64,000 nucleotides of DNA from Microcoleaceae cyanobacterium (GCA_051652765.1 JBOFUV010000034.1:96001-160000), one strand, 5' to 3'; numbered from the stretch's first letter, positions 11,802-21,131 are shown. Notes: generated from the sequence alone by a model not told the origin. Made by a program: numbers and translations.

Positions 11802-12275
11802 TTACTGACCAAATTCTGCTTGTAAGGCATCGTCGTTATCATCAGCGATCGTTGCAACGATGGTAATGATTCGGGAGATTTCACCCGGACTAATTTCAGC
11901 AAGGGTTCGAGTTGAGAGCACAACAACTTGATCGCTTGTGATTGCAAAATGGGACTCAAGGGTGCTCAGCCAGTTCATTTCCATAAGTTTCCGCATGAGC
12001 TGATCTTCATTTTTGGCTGGGAGTTGCAGCACAGAAGACCATACTGTTAAGCAGTCGTCATCGGTTGACCCTGTGAGTTGGACAAACACTTCAGCACTAC
12101 CATAGTTAAACTTCCAGAGATAACCCTCATCACTCTGACCTACCATGGCTTTCTGATCTTGAGCAAGGCCAGCAATTATCGTTTCAATCTCCTCAGGGTA
12201 AGTGATCAGGTGGCCATCCGTTAGGACTTCAGTCGTAGTTTCTTCATTAGACTGGCTAGTGGTGGTAGTCATCAC
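11802..12275 (-). CDS. YbjN domain / T3SS-chaperone-fold protein, conserved in cyanobacteria
   Basis: WKFNYGS.EVFVQLTG...LMEMNW...ATIADDND pattern. Confidence 0.7.
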   Translation of the reverse strand: MMTTTTSQSNEETTTEVLTDGHLITYPEEIETIIAGLAQDQKAMVGQSDEGYLWKFNYGSAEVFVQLTGSTDDDCLTVWSSVLQLPAKNEDQLMRKLMEMNWLSTLESHFAITSDQVVVLSTRTLAEISPGEISRIITIVATIADDNDDALQAEFGQ

Positions 12276-12490
12276 AATTTACCGTAACTTAGAGTAGATT
12301 TTGGTTTGCACCAATAGTATCGCTTGTTATGGAACAATTGAACACTCTATTTCCAGGGATTTCAGCTTAACCTTGGCTTAAAGGTTCTACCCTCAGCCGC
12401 TCAAGTAGGAACGAGCTGCCTCGGCACGGTGACGGGCAACTCTGAGCGGTGAATGAACTTTTTTGTTGAAACAAAATTAGCATTTAAAAA

Positions 12491-12598
12491 TTAGCATTTA
12501 ATCCAGTAAACGTAAGTTTCCTCAGTTCGGTAGGGATAATGCTTGAGCCGAATCAGATCACGCACCTGATCCAACAGCTTTTTCGGGCGTTGTTCCAT
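12491..12598 (-). pseudogene. intI: Integron integrase 5' remnant A (35 aa, N-terminal SAM-like region only)
   Basis: MEQRPKKLLDQVRDLIRLKHYPYRTEETYVYWIKC* matches the IntI N-terminus pattern (LLDQVR..IR.KHYS.RTE..Y..WI); no catalytic domain follows. Confidence 0.85.
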
Positions 12599-12606
12599 TT
12601 GGGGTT

Positions 12607-12839
12607 TATACAGAAAATTGCAAGGTAATCCTCCGAATAAATCGATGCTAGGCAGAACATTGCTGTGTTTCATCGGAGAATATACGGAAAGTTTTGGGAT
12701 AATCCTCAAATTTAGGATGTATACCCAGAAAGTTTCAGTACAATTGCAGTATTAGGGTGGACTATCTGGAAAGTTTCAGGGTAATCATCCCAAAAGCGTT
12801 GGTTATGCAGAAAATTTCAATATTAATAACTAGTTTGCT
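12607..12839 (+). promoter_or_regulatory. attI-like region A: six phased TAnncrGAAAgTTtc boxes plus core TAATAACTAG|TT (crossover G at 12833)
   Basis: Upstream of and divergent from the intI stump; the same core and box spacing recur at 51737-51926 on the minus strand. Confidence 0.7.
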
Positions 12840-12935
12840 GTCTTTAGGTTATCTGTGAGAATGGTACTTTCAGCTTTTTTGTGAGAGTACAATTTTTCAT
12901 AACTGAAGAACAATCACATATAGTTTGAGAGCAAT

Positions 12936-13415
12936 TTAAAGCATATCCTCTATAGACATCTGTCTTTCAATGCTGGGTAACGGTCTAACATCAATATAGT
13001 CTTGGGCAAACTTTTTAAGACCTGCATCTTCGCTATATATACACTTTGCGCCTCTTGCCATTGCTGTAGCAGTAATCATGAAATCAGCTTTCATTTCTGC
13101 TCTTGATATTCCACTCTCATTTTTAAGTTGCTTTTTGTTTCTCCACATCTCTGCAAAGTAAAGAGCAGCTTGTGTGTCAAAAGGTGGAACGATAAATCGG
13201 CGGTGCATTAGTTCACTAAATGCATTAAGCAACCCTGGCTCCAAAGTACACAGAAGTTCTGCAACAACCACTGCCGGAACCATAATATCGATTCCATCTC
13301 TTTCGCAAGTACCGATCAAATATTTAGCTTTATCTATGTTGTCCTCCTGCCCAGGAGTTGCTTGCTTCTTAACACCCCAAATAATTATCTGTGTATCAAA
13401 GCAAACTAGATCCAT
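12936..13415 (-). CDS. PIN domain protein (VapC-like nuclease)
   Basis: CFDTQIIIW, PAVVVAEL, ADFMITATA, IYSEDAGL: acidic PIN tetrad. Confidence 0.85.
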   Translation of the reverse strand: MDLVCFDTQIIIWGVKKQATPGQEDNIDKAKYLIGTCERDGIDIMVPAVVVAELLCTLEPGLLNAFSELMHRRFIVPPFDTQAALYFAEMWRNKKQLKNESGISRAEMKADFMITATAMARGAKCIYSEDAGLKKFAQDYIDVRPLPSIERQMSIEDML

Positions 13416-14216
13416 TTACGCCTCCGACAGTCCATAGCGTATTTCAGAGACAAAAAGATCCACATTTTCTATATTGTCAAATGAATCTCCAATTAAGTTA
13501 GCTAATTCTTCAAAAGCTTCTGATGGCGAAGTTTTCTCATAATCAGAAATGTCGATTACGTGAAAGTTTTCAATTTCAAATGTTTCAGAATTCCATTCCG
13601 CAAGACCACGCAACTCTACTTTTGCGTAAAGCTTTGCACCTGCTTTCTTAGCTATTGCCTTACTTGTACTACAGTAGATGATTTGACTGTCCAAAGTCTT
13701 GAACTGAATTTTAGGTTCTGCCCCACCCACACGAGTTATTTCTCCATGTATGGTTGTCTCCCCTGACAACGGATAAATGTCAGGTATCTGGGTTTCAGGA
13801 GTAAGAACAGCTAATGATTCCAGTCTGCCATTCTGCGTAAAAAACTCAGCATTACATTGATAACGTCGTGTAAAAGCAGACAGTTTCCTCAGAGAATTGA
13901 TGGCACCACTTGGTAGTACGCCAAAATCATTCTCTGCAATTGACTTTGTTATACGACGTGTGGCAGGCAAAGTTAGCTCCAATAAATTTGGGGAAAACTC
14001 TAAACCAATACTTCCTTGTCGAATACTCTTTAAGCCGATTACTATAGTCTCTTTCTTTAACTCTGGGTGGTCACGAATCACCATAGAGGCTATCATATCT
14101 TCAACAGATTCAATGACTTCCGCAATCTCCTTAGACCGAACTTTGCCTGGTGACATACCTTCACCAGTCAGTAATATTTCTACAGTTATATCGTGAGCCA
14201 TAAATGATCTCACCAC
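13416..14216 (-). CDS. Uncharacterised ~260-aa protein coupled to the PIN gene (ATG at 14201 also plausible)
   Basis: Long ORF; its stop codon directly abuts the PIN start codon. Confidence 0.75.
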   Translation of the reverse strand: MVRSFMAHDITVEILLTGEGMSPGKVRSKEIAEVIESVEDMIASMVIRDHPELKKETIVIGLKSIRQGSIGLEFSPNLLELTLPATRRITKSIAENDFGVLPSGAINSLRKLSAFTRRYQCNAEFFTQNGRLESLAVLTPETQIPDIYPLSGETTIHGEITRVGGAEPKIQFKTLDSQIIYCSTSKAIAKKAGAKLYAKVELRGLAEWNSETFEIENFHVIDISDYEKTSPSEAFEELANLIGDSFDNIENVDLFVSEIRYGLSEA

Positions 14217-14328
14217 CTTCAGACATAAGAAGAGTCTATAATTATATCACGCTTGAGAACGAAGATAGTCGCCATTTCGGTTTTTTTCAACTAATTCGTA
14301 CAAGTCATAGTGCTGTGAGTTCCTAGCA

Positions 14329-14414
14329 GCCCAACACTGCGTTGGTGCGGGCGGCACATAGGTTACTGGTGAGTATCAAAAGCTACCTGCCGCCGCACAA
14401 CTTCACCGTTAGTT
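14329..14414 (+). other. attC recombination site (86 bp)
   Basis: R'' GCCCAAC ... R' GTTAGTT; imperfect inverted arms GTTGGTGCGGGCGGCA / TGCCGCCGCACAAC; closely similar to the attC at 45398-45483 read on the minus strand. Confidence 0.8.
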
Positions 14415-14531
14415 TGCCAGCGCAGCAGAGAGTGTTGGCGAGGCTGAACTGCAAGGGTTATGCTACGTTGAAAGTAGTTTTGTCGGGTTCGCGCTGGCTG
14501 GGTGGTGTAGGATGTTAGAGAGGAGGGCAGT

Positions 14532-14759
14532 ATGAACATTCCTATCATTGACGAAGTAGTTGAACAGTTGAAGGTGATGCCACAGCATTTACAATGGCAG
14601 GTACTTGAATTTGTTCGGACGTTGGTAAAAGCGGAAGTGCGAGGTACGCCAGGATCGCAATTGTTGCGCTTTGCAGGTTCAATCCCTATCGACGATCTCC
14701 AGTTAATGCGTGAGGCGATCGAGCAAGACTGTGAACGGTTAGATATTAATGAGTGGTAG
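14532..14759 (+). CDS. Putative antitoxin (DUF2281-like)
   Basis: 75 aa, QVLEFVRTL...GTPGSQLLRFAG; overlaps the start of the downstream PIN gene; GGAGG RBS. Confidence 0.7.
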   Translation: MNIPIIDEVVEQLKVMPQHLQWQVLEFVRTLVKAEVRGTPGSQLLRFAGSIPIDDLQLMREAIEQDCERLDINEW

Positions 14760-15138
14760 GTATTTTCTTGATACCAATATCATCATTGCTCTCTTTGCAG
14801 ATGAAGCGATCGTCAAAAATAATCTTGCTCAAGCCAACGAAGTTTTCATTCCAAGTTTTGTGATTGGCGAGTTGTATTATGGGGCAAGAAAGTCAGGGCG
14901 AGTTCAAGCAAATTTAGCAAGAGTTGATGAGTTGGTTGCTAGCAGCATGATATTGGGGTGTGATGCTGAAACTGCACGGCAATACGGTGAAGTCAAGAAT
15001 GAGTTGAGACTCAAGGGTCGTCCGTTGCCTGAGAATGATGTTTGGATTGCGGCTCTTGTATTACAACATGACTTGATTCTGGTGACACACGATGCTCATT
15101 TTCAGGAGGTGGAGAGTTTACAAACGGTAACATGGTAA
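14749..15138 (+). CDS. vapC: VapC-family PIN toxin
   Basis: LDTNIII, IGELYYGA, PENDVWIAA, VTHDAHF. Confidence 0.9.
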   Translation: MSGRYFLDTNIIIALFADEAIVKNNLAQANEVFIPSFVIGELYYGARKSGRVQANLARVDELVASSMILGCDAETARQYGEVKNELRLKGRPLPENDVWIAALVLQHDLILVTHDAHFQEVESLQTVTW

Positions 15139-15140
15139 GT

Positions 15141-15169
15141 ACTGCCGCTGCTCACTTTAGCCGTTAGCT
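15141..15169 (+). other. Right half of a deleted attC site
   Basis: CTGCCGCTGCTCACTTTAGCCGTTAGCT resembles the 3' arm of attC 14329-14414 (CTGCCGCCGCACAACTTCACCGTTAGTT); no left arm present. Confidence 0.55.
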
Positions 15170-15201
15170 GGCTTCGTTTTTGGCTTAGAGCGTACAGAAA
15201 G

Positions 15202-15330
15202 CTAAAACGATCGCAAAATAGCTGCGATCACTTGCTTCAGGCTCGGTAATTCCTGCTCGATAGCTAACCAAACAATATCGAGGTCAATCTCAAAGTAGTT
15301 GTGAGCCAAAATATTTCGCACGTCTCTCAT
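15202..15330 (-). pseudogene. HepT/DUF86 HEPN toxin with large internal in-frame deletion (42 aa)
   Basis: ATGA overlap with the MNT stop; MRD joined directly to VRNILAHNYFEIDLDIVW (RX4H motif). Confidence 0.8.
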
Positions 15331-15617
15331 AGGGGTATCGCTTCGCTCAAGACGTGATCGCGGATTCTGGGTCGCAGCCCTTTTTCTGTGACGACATCCA
15401 CCGGGCAATTCAGCAGGTCTTGTAGTTCCATCAGCAAACCACCGAGGTCAAACAGGCTACGTTCTGCCTCCATTTCCACCAGAAAATCCACATCACTTTC
15501 TGAGTCGGCTTCGCCCCGTGCCACAGAGCCAAAGACGCGAACGTTGTAGGCACCATATTTTGATGCTGTTGCTAAAATCACGTCCCGTTTTTCCTGCAAC
15601 TGTGCCCCAATGTTCAT
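15327..15617 (-). CDS. Minimal nucleotidyltransferase (MntA-type antitoxin)
   Basis: [22 protein letters not shown]; 96 aa. Confidence 0.92.
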   Translation of the reverse strand: MNIGAQLQEKRDVILATASKYGAYNVRVFGSVARGEADSESDVDFLVEMEAERSLFDLGGLLMELQDLLNCPVDVVTEKGLRPRIRDHVLSEAIPL

Positions 15618-15866
15618 AAGCAACTTTCCATTTTGTCTTATTATCCCATCATCCTACTGCGATCGCCCTATCCTTTGACCCAACTGGGTTTGAGAGCGTG
15701 CGATCGCATTTGTCGTCTCGCAGAAAATCGCCTGTATCAAAAACATGAGTATTGCGATTGTAGGTGCGATCGCTCTCACCTACAATCGCAGTGTTTTCAC
15801 CAAAAGTACAATCGCACCTGATTAAAACCACGATCGCAGCCGTCCTAGCCATGATCGCCGTGCTTT

Positions 15867-16781
15867 CTAAGTTGACCGGCTCATCATTCGCCGCAGGACT
15901 GCCAAACTCTGCTGTGTGCTGACTGTATCTGGATGCTGGTTGAAAAGTTGCTGACGCATTGTTAACGCTTGCACCAACAATGGCTCTGCTGCAGTTAATC
16001 GCCCCTGGTTGGCATACAGCACGGCCAAATTCTTGAGGCTGGTGGCCACATCCGGATGCTGCTCGCCCAACAGCGATCGCGCCACGGTCAAACAAGTCTC
16101 TAACCAAGGCTCCGCTTCTGCATAGAGTCCCTGACTTTCATAGAAGCGACCGATTCCGGTAAACGTCCATGGCAAATCACCTTCATCGGGAAGATATAGC
16201 TCCTCCCGCGTTTGCAGTTTCAGCAAGTCAGTGGCGACTTCCTTCAGGTGCGGAATCACTGCCTCCACCGACTGAATCTGTGCCAACGTCGGTGTTTGGG
16301 GAATGTGTTGTGCGACGGCAATCATCGTTGTTGCCACTGCTGTTTTCAGCGTCTGTCGTTCCTCGCTGGCTAGCTTCGCCGCAAAAAACTCCCGCAGCAG
16401 TTGATGCAGTTGATACAGTCCTTGCCCAACTCTAGATAGCAAACTGCGCCCCAGCAGTTGCTCAACCCGGCAATCCTCTAAGTCCTCCTTGTCCCAATCT
16501 GGCAGACATTGTTCCACCAAATTCCAGGGAATCGGCGCTAGAGCAAACAAACTCAACAGCCCACAGAGCCTCTTGGCTTCATCGGGGAATTGCTCATCTT
16601 CCCAAGTTAATTGGAAAGCCGCTGCTACACCCAGTTGAGCCGCCATCTGCTTCGTTTGCACCAATGCCTGAGCCGCCAACTTTTTTGCTTCCAACCGCTC
16701 CAACATTTCCACCAAGTTCAAGTCCTCCCTCCGAGCCAGGTAGCGACCCACCAGTTCCAATCCCAAGGGCAAATAGCCCAA
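15867..16781 (-). pseudogene. C-terminal remnant of an NB-ARC + TPR protein (P-loop missing)
   Basis: Starts at the (W)LGYLPLGLELVG GxP motif; LHQLLREF MHD-like motif; HPDVATSL TPR_12 repeats; no Walker A. Confidence 0.75.
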
Positions 16782-17025
16782 CCATTTCCAAGAACTCTCA
16801 GACTGATTGGCAGCGACTCGACATGGCTGCAGAACACCGAGTCAGATGCAACTTTTGAGAAGTTACCTAACGCGATTTCCAGTAAATCGTCTGTACAGCA
16901 AAAGACCGCAATGATAAACTCCTAGATAAAAAATATAGTCCAACTCCATGCTCAGTATCTTGCACTCCTAGCACCGATCCAGTTGGGCCTTCTTATTTAG
17001 ACCTTAGTCATACATCGTGTTACTT

Positions 17026-17231
17026 ATGATCAACCCATCACAGAGTGCAACCTAATCCGATGCCACGCGCCAATTTCCACCAGGATTTCTATGGGGCACA
17101 GCTACCGCTGCATATTCGTCGGGATCAACGTCTATTTAGCCTCGCATTACGTGCAGGCAACTGAGGCAGATCCAGGTTATGCGTTTGTACCGTTCAATGC
17201 TTCACAACCCAATGCTCAAGCAGATTTCTAA
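17026..17231 (+). pseudogene. GH1 beta-glucosidase remnant
   Basis: FPPGFLWGTATAAY at 17074, followed at once in another frame by FVGINVY (DFxGxNxY-like motif); in-frame stop at 17053. Confidence 0.7.
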
Positions 17232-17469
17232 AGGCTGTTGCTCAATTCTACGTTAGGCAGAATTTCTTACAGAAGTTCTGCTTTTTGTTTCTGGTTGTTA
17301 TCCCTCCAGATTGCAATGGACAATCTGCTCTGGCTCTATTTTGATAGGATTTGCTGGCTTCACAACATTGATTTTTTAGAAAATTTTTGGGGCTTTCCGA
17401 AATTAATTTGTGAGGAAGAGTAGTTTTTAATATCAAACAAAAAACACAAAAATATTAAGAGTAGAATCA

Positions 17470-18009
17470 ATGCATCAGGGAATTGTTATGGGTTTATTTG
17501 ACCATCGCCAACTCTTTCTAAAAGCCTTAAAAGAAGCAGAGTATCATGTCATTATCACTTGTCCTTGGGTTGGGCAATCTGGCTTAGATGAGGAAATGCT
17601 GCTAGAGATGAATAATGCCTTAAGTCGAGGAGTAACCATTGAAATTGGCTGGGGATGGCATCGGGACATTGGCAGAGAGATTATTACTGGCAATAAATCC
17701 TGGAGCGTTCGTCCTGCTTATAATTGGAAATATAACGGGCTCTTTAAACTTCAAGAACTACGCAGAAAGTATCCTCATACTTTTAAGCTAAAACTAATGG
17801 GAACTCATGCTAAATACTGGGTCTGTGATCATACTTTTGCAGTGGTAGGTAGTGCTAATATTCTGAATGTATCCTCTACTTCTGTGGCCCAACCTCATGA
17901 AGAAATCGGAAGCTATGTTACTGATTTTAAAAGCATTCAAACCTTGATTAATTCCTTCAAGTTTGCTGCTGACTTGGCTGCAGAGAGAAATCACTGGGAC
18001 GCTGCATAA
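17470..18009 (+). CDS. Stand-alone phospholipase D-like (HKD) domain protein
   Basis: IITCPWV and THAKYWVCD...VVGSAN. Confidence 0.75.
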   Translation: MHQGIVMGLFDHRQLFLKALKEAEYHVIITCPWVGQSGLDEEMLLEMNNALSRGVTIEIGWGWHRDIGREIITGNKSWSVRPAYNWKYNGLFKLQELRRKYPHTFKLKLMGTHAKYWVCDHTFAVVGSANILNVSSTSVAQPHEEIGSYVTDFKSIQTLINSFKFAADLAAERNHWDAA

Positions 18010-18065
18010 TCGAGTTGAGTCAACACCTTGATCATCCTGATGTCACTGACTGACTCCAATTTCTA

Positions 18066-18095
18066 AAAATAAGGGACACAACATCGTTGTGTCCC
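18066..18095 (-). terminator. Intrinsic terminator downstream of tkt
   Basis: GGGACACAAC-ATC-GTTGTGTCCC hairpin followed by a T-rich tract on the minus strand. Confidence 0.7.
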
Positions 18096-18137
18096 AGCCA
18101 ACTTATTACCAGCCATTTATCAAATGATCAATTGCTG

Positions 18138-20150
18138 TTAACCTAGAACAGCCTTAGCTTTAGCAACGACATTCTCAAGGGTGAAGCCAAACTTCTCCAT
18201 GCAAGTGCCACCGGGCGCTGAAGCACCAAAACTGTCAACACTTAAGCTTGTGCCTTCATCAGTCACATAACGACACCAGCCCATGCTAATTCCAGCTTCC
18301 ACAGAAACCCGCTTCCTTACGGCTTTGGGCAAAACGGATTCCCGATAAGCAGCCTCTTGCGCTTCAAACAGTTCCCAACTGGGCATGGACACGACCCGAA
18401 CCTTTTTGCCTTCACGGGTCAGTTGTTCTGCCGCTTGAACACACAGCCCAACTTCAGACCCTGTACCAATTAGGATTAAATCGGGTGTGCCATCGCAATC
18501 AATGACTGGGTAAGCCCCTTTGCTCACCCCTGCGATAGAACTGCCCGCCAAATTGGGCAAGCCTTGACGGGATAAACAGAGCAACGTCGGACGGTTTTGA
18601 GCGGCCTGCTCAATGGCAACCTTGTAAGCACCGGAGGTCTCTGTCCCATCTGCCGGACGGAACACCGTAAGCTGGGGAATCGCCCGGAGAGACATGATGG
18701 TTTCTACCGGTTGGTGGGTTGGGCCATCTTCACCCAGGGCAATGGAATCATGGGTCATCACCCAAATCACCCCAACCTGAGACAAGGCACTCAAACGAAT
18801 GGCTGCCCGCATGTAATCCGTGAACACCAAGAACGTTGCTCCGTAAGGAATCAGGCCCGAACCATGAAGGGCGATGCCATTGCAAATTGCACCCATGCCA
18901 TGTTCTCGCACCCCGAATCGAAGGTTGCGATTTTCGTACTGATTTTTCTGAAAGCTACCGCTCAGTTTTAACTCAGTTAAATTGGAGTGGGTCAGGTCAG
19001 CAGAACCGCCAATTAACTCCGGCAAAACGGGAGCAAGAGCATTGAGGCAAATCTCAGAATGCTTGCGGGAAGCCAACGCCTTATCTTCAGGGGTATAAGT
19101 CGGCAACACCTTGTCCCAACCTTCAGGCAGTTGACGATGGATCATCCGATCCAACAAAGCAGCATCCTCGGGATACTGAGTTTTATACTGAGCCCAGGCT
19201 TTGTTCCACTCCGCTTCGGTGCTGGCTCCCCGCTCCACTGCTTTGCGGAAATGGTTCAACGCATCATCAGGAACCTCAAAGTCGCCACAGGGCCACCCTA
19301 AGTTTTCACGGGTCGCTTTAATTTCGTCTCCGCCCAAGGGCGTACCGTGGGCAGCACCTGTTCCAGCAACCTTGGGTGAACCGTAACCAATCGTTGTTGT
19401 CACCTTAATCATCGTCGGTTTATCAGTGACCGACTTGGCGACTTCAATGGCTTTGTGCAGGGCTTCTAAGTCGGTATCCCCGTTCTCAACGTGGAGAGTA
19501 TGCCAGCCATAGGCTTCAAACCGTTTGCTCACGTCTTCCGTGAAGGAGATTTCAGTAGAGCCATCAATAGAAATATGATTATCGTCGTAGAGCGCGATTA
19601 ACTTACCCAAGCCCAGGTGACCCGCCAAGGAGCAGGCTTCCCCAGAAACCCCTTCCATATTGCAACCATCTCCCAGGATCACATAGGTGTAATGATCTAC
19701 AAGGGTTAGGTCAGACTTGTTAAATCGGGCAGCCATATGGGCTTCTGCCATAGCCAAACCCACTGCATTGGCAATCCCTTGTCCCAAGGGGCCAGTAGTC
19801 ACTTCTACCCCTGCGGTCTCAAAATTTTCGGGGTGGCCAGGAGTTCTAGAATCCCATTGGCGGAATTGTTTGATGTCATCCAGGCTGACGCTGTCATAAC
19901 CCGTCAGGTACAGCAAGGCATACTGCAACATACAGCCATGACCGGCAGAAAGGACGAAGCGATCGCGATTAAACCACTTAGGATTCTTTGGATTGAACCG
20001 CAGGAAGCGATCCCACAATACAAATGCCATCGGTGCTGCTCCCATCGGCAGTCCAGGATGGCCAGAGTTGGCTTTCTGTACCGCATCAACAGCCAGGAAG
20101 CGGATTGAATTGATGCAGAGTTCCTCTAGAGATTGAGTAGCAACAGCCAT
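18138..20150 (-). CDS. tkt: Transketolase
   Basis: [44 protein letters not shown]. Confidence 0.97.
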   Translation of the reverse strand: MAVATQSLEELCINSIRFLAVDAVQKANSGHPGLPMGAAPMAFVLWDRFLRFNPKNPKWFNRDRFVLSAGHGCMLQYALLYLTGYDSVSLDDIKQFRQWDSRTPGHPENFETAGVEVTTGPLGQGIANAVGLAMAEAHMAARFNKSDLTLVDHYTYVILGDGCNMEGVSGEACSLAGHLGLGKLIALYDDNHISIDGSTEISFTEDVSKRFEAYGWHTLHVENGDTDLEALHKAIEVAKSVTDKPTMIKVTTTIGYGSPKVAGTGAAHGTPLGGDEIKATRENLGWPCGDFEVPDDALNHFRKAVERGASTEAEWNKAWAQYKTQYPEDAALLDRMIHRQLPEGWDKVLPTYTPEDKALASRKHSEICLNALAPVLPELIGGSADLTHSNLTELKLSGSFQKNQYENRNLRFGVREHGMGAICNGIALHGSGLIPYGATFLVFTDYMRAAIRLSALSQVGVIWVMTHDSIALGEDGPTHQPVETIMSLRAIPQLTVFRPADGTETSGAYKVAIEQAAQNRPTLLCLSRQGLPNLAGSSIAGVSKGAYPVIDCDGTPDLILIGTGSEVGLCVQAAEQLTREGKKVRVVSMPSWELFEAQEAAYRESVLPKAVRKRVSVEAGISMGWCRYVTDEGTSLSVDSFGASAPGGTCMEKFGFTLENVVAKAKAVLG

Positions 20151-20384
20151 AGTTATCGTTTCTATAGTTCAGATGGTAATTTGCGAGTGCCACAGCGCAG
20201 CAACCAGAACACTCAGGAGTTTAGCCCTAAAGTCGCGCTCAAGCTTCTTGCCCCCATCATCTCATCTGTTGGGATCGACAAGCAAGGGAGTTAAAACAAT
20301 TTTGCAGGGCAGATATGAAGGCGGAATCAATATGTTAAACTCCTGATTGACCAAGGAAATTGCTGATCATAGAAACATAGAGTC

Positions 20385-20849
20385 ATGGATTCTCAAGCTC
20401 CCAAATTCGAAGTGCCCGAAGAAATACAAGCCCTCCTTTCAGCCGAAAAATTAGAAAAGGTGGTTCGTTCTTTCACCAAGATTGATGGCAACCAAGATGG
20501 CAAAATTGAACTTGAAGAATATCTCGATCATCTTTTGGAAAAAGAGAGAGAGAAACTCGCAAAGCAGTTTAGATACTTGGATGCAAATCAAGACGGTTAT
20601 ATTGAATTTGAAGAGTTTCTTGCTGTTACAGAGCCCCACTATCTGATTCTGAAAAAGTTTCGTAGATTTGATCAGGAACGCAATGGATTCTTGACATTTG
20701 CACAAGCAATTCAGATTGCGGAAGAATTATCTCTTCCCTATGATCATAGTCAAATTGAAAGAGTGCTGCAAGAAATTGATCAAGATCAAGATGGGCAAGT
20801 GACTTACTACGAATACTTGGGCGCAATGATTCACTTTGGGTTCCAATAG
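20385..20849 (+). CDS. EF-hand calcium-binding protein (4 EF-hand-like loops)
   Basis: DGNQDGKIELEE, DANQDGYIEFEE, DQERNGFLTFAQ, DQDQDGQVTYYE. Confidence 0.88.
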   Translation: MDSQAPKFEVPEEIQALLSAEKLEKVVRSFTKIDGNQDGKIELEEYLDHLLEKEREKLAKQFRYLDANQDGYIEFEEFLAVTEPHYLILKKFRRFDQERNGFLTFAQAIQIAEELSLPYDHSQIERVLQEIDQDQDGQVTYYEYLGAMIHFGFQ

Positions 20850-21131
20850 TGAGTATTGAATGAATTGCAGGATAGGCAATGTCCAACTGCAATTTATTTG
20901 AAGTTGGTCTTTAGGACTTGACTGGCATCCTCAGATGTGGAGCGTTCAACCTGTAGTGGCTTTCTGTTTTAACCTTGTGCCAATGTGAAAATCTGTAACA
21001 TTTGAAATAGCATATCTTTGGTTTTCCCTTATACTGTCTCGTGAGTTGAGCGTTTGATGAACCTTCAGCTAGTTTAATGGCCTTGCGTTTCAAGAAATAG
21101 ATAATTTATTTCCATACTGTCGGTGGCTTTC

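Noticed and set aside
12491..12709. 72-aa ORF as annotated in the track
   Set aside because: The first 37 codons run through the attI repeat ladder; IntI similarity begins at ATG 12598, matching the paralogue at 51934.
14363..14548. 61-aa minus-strand ORF
   Set aside because: It runs through the attC and cassette leader with no recognisable motif; likely spurious.
15649..16107. 152-aa minus-strand ORF
   Set aside because: Alternative frame of the TPR remnant extending into HIP1-rich repeats (AIA/DR translation artefacts).
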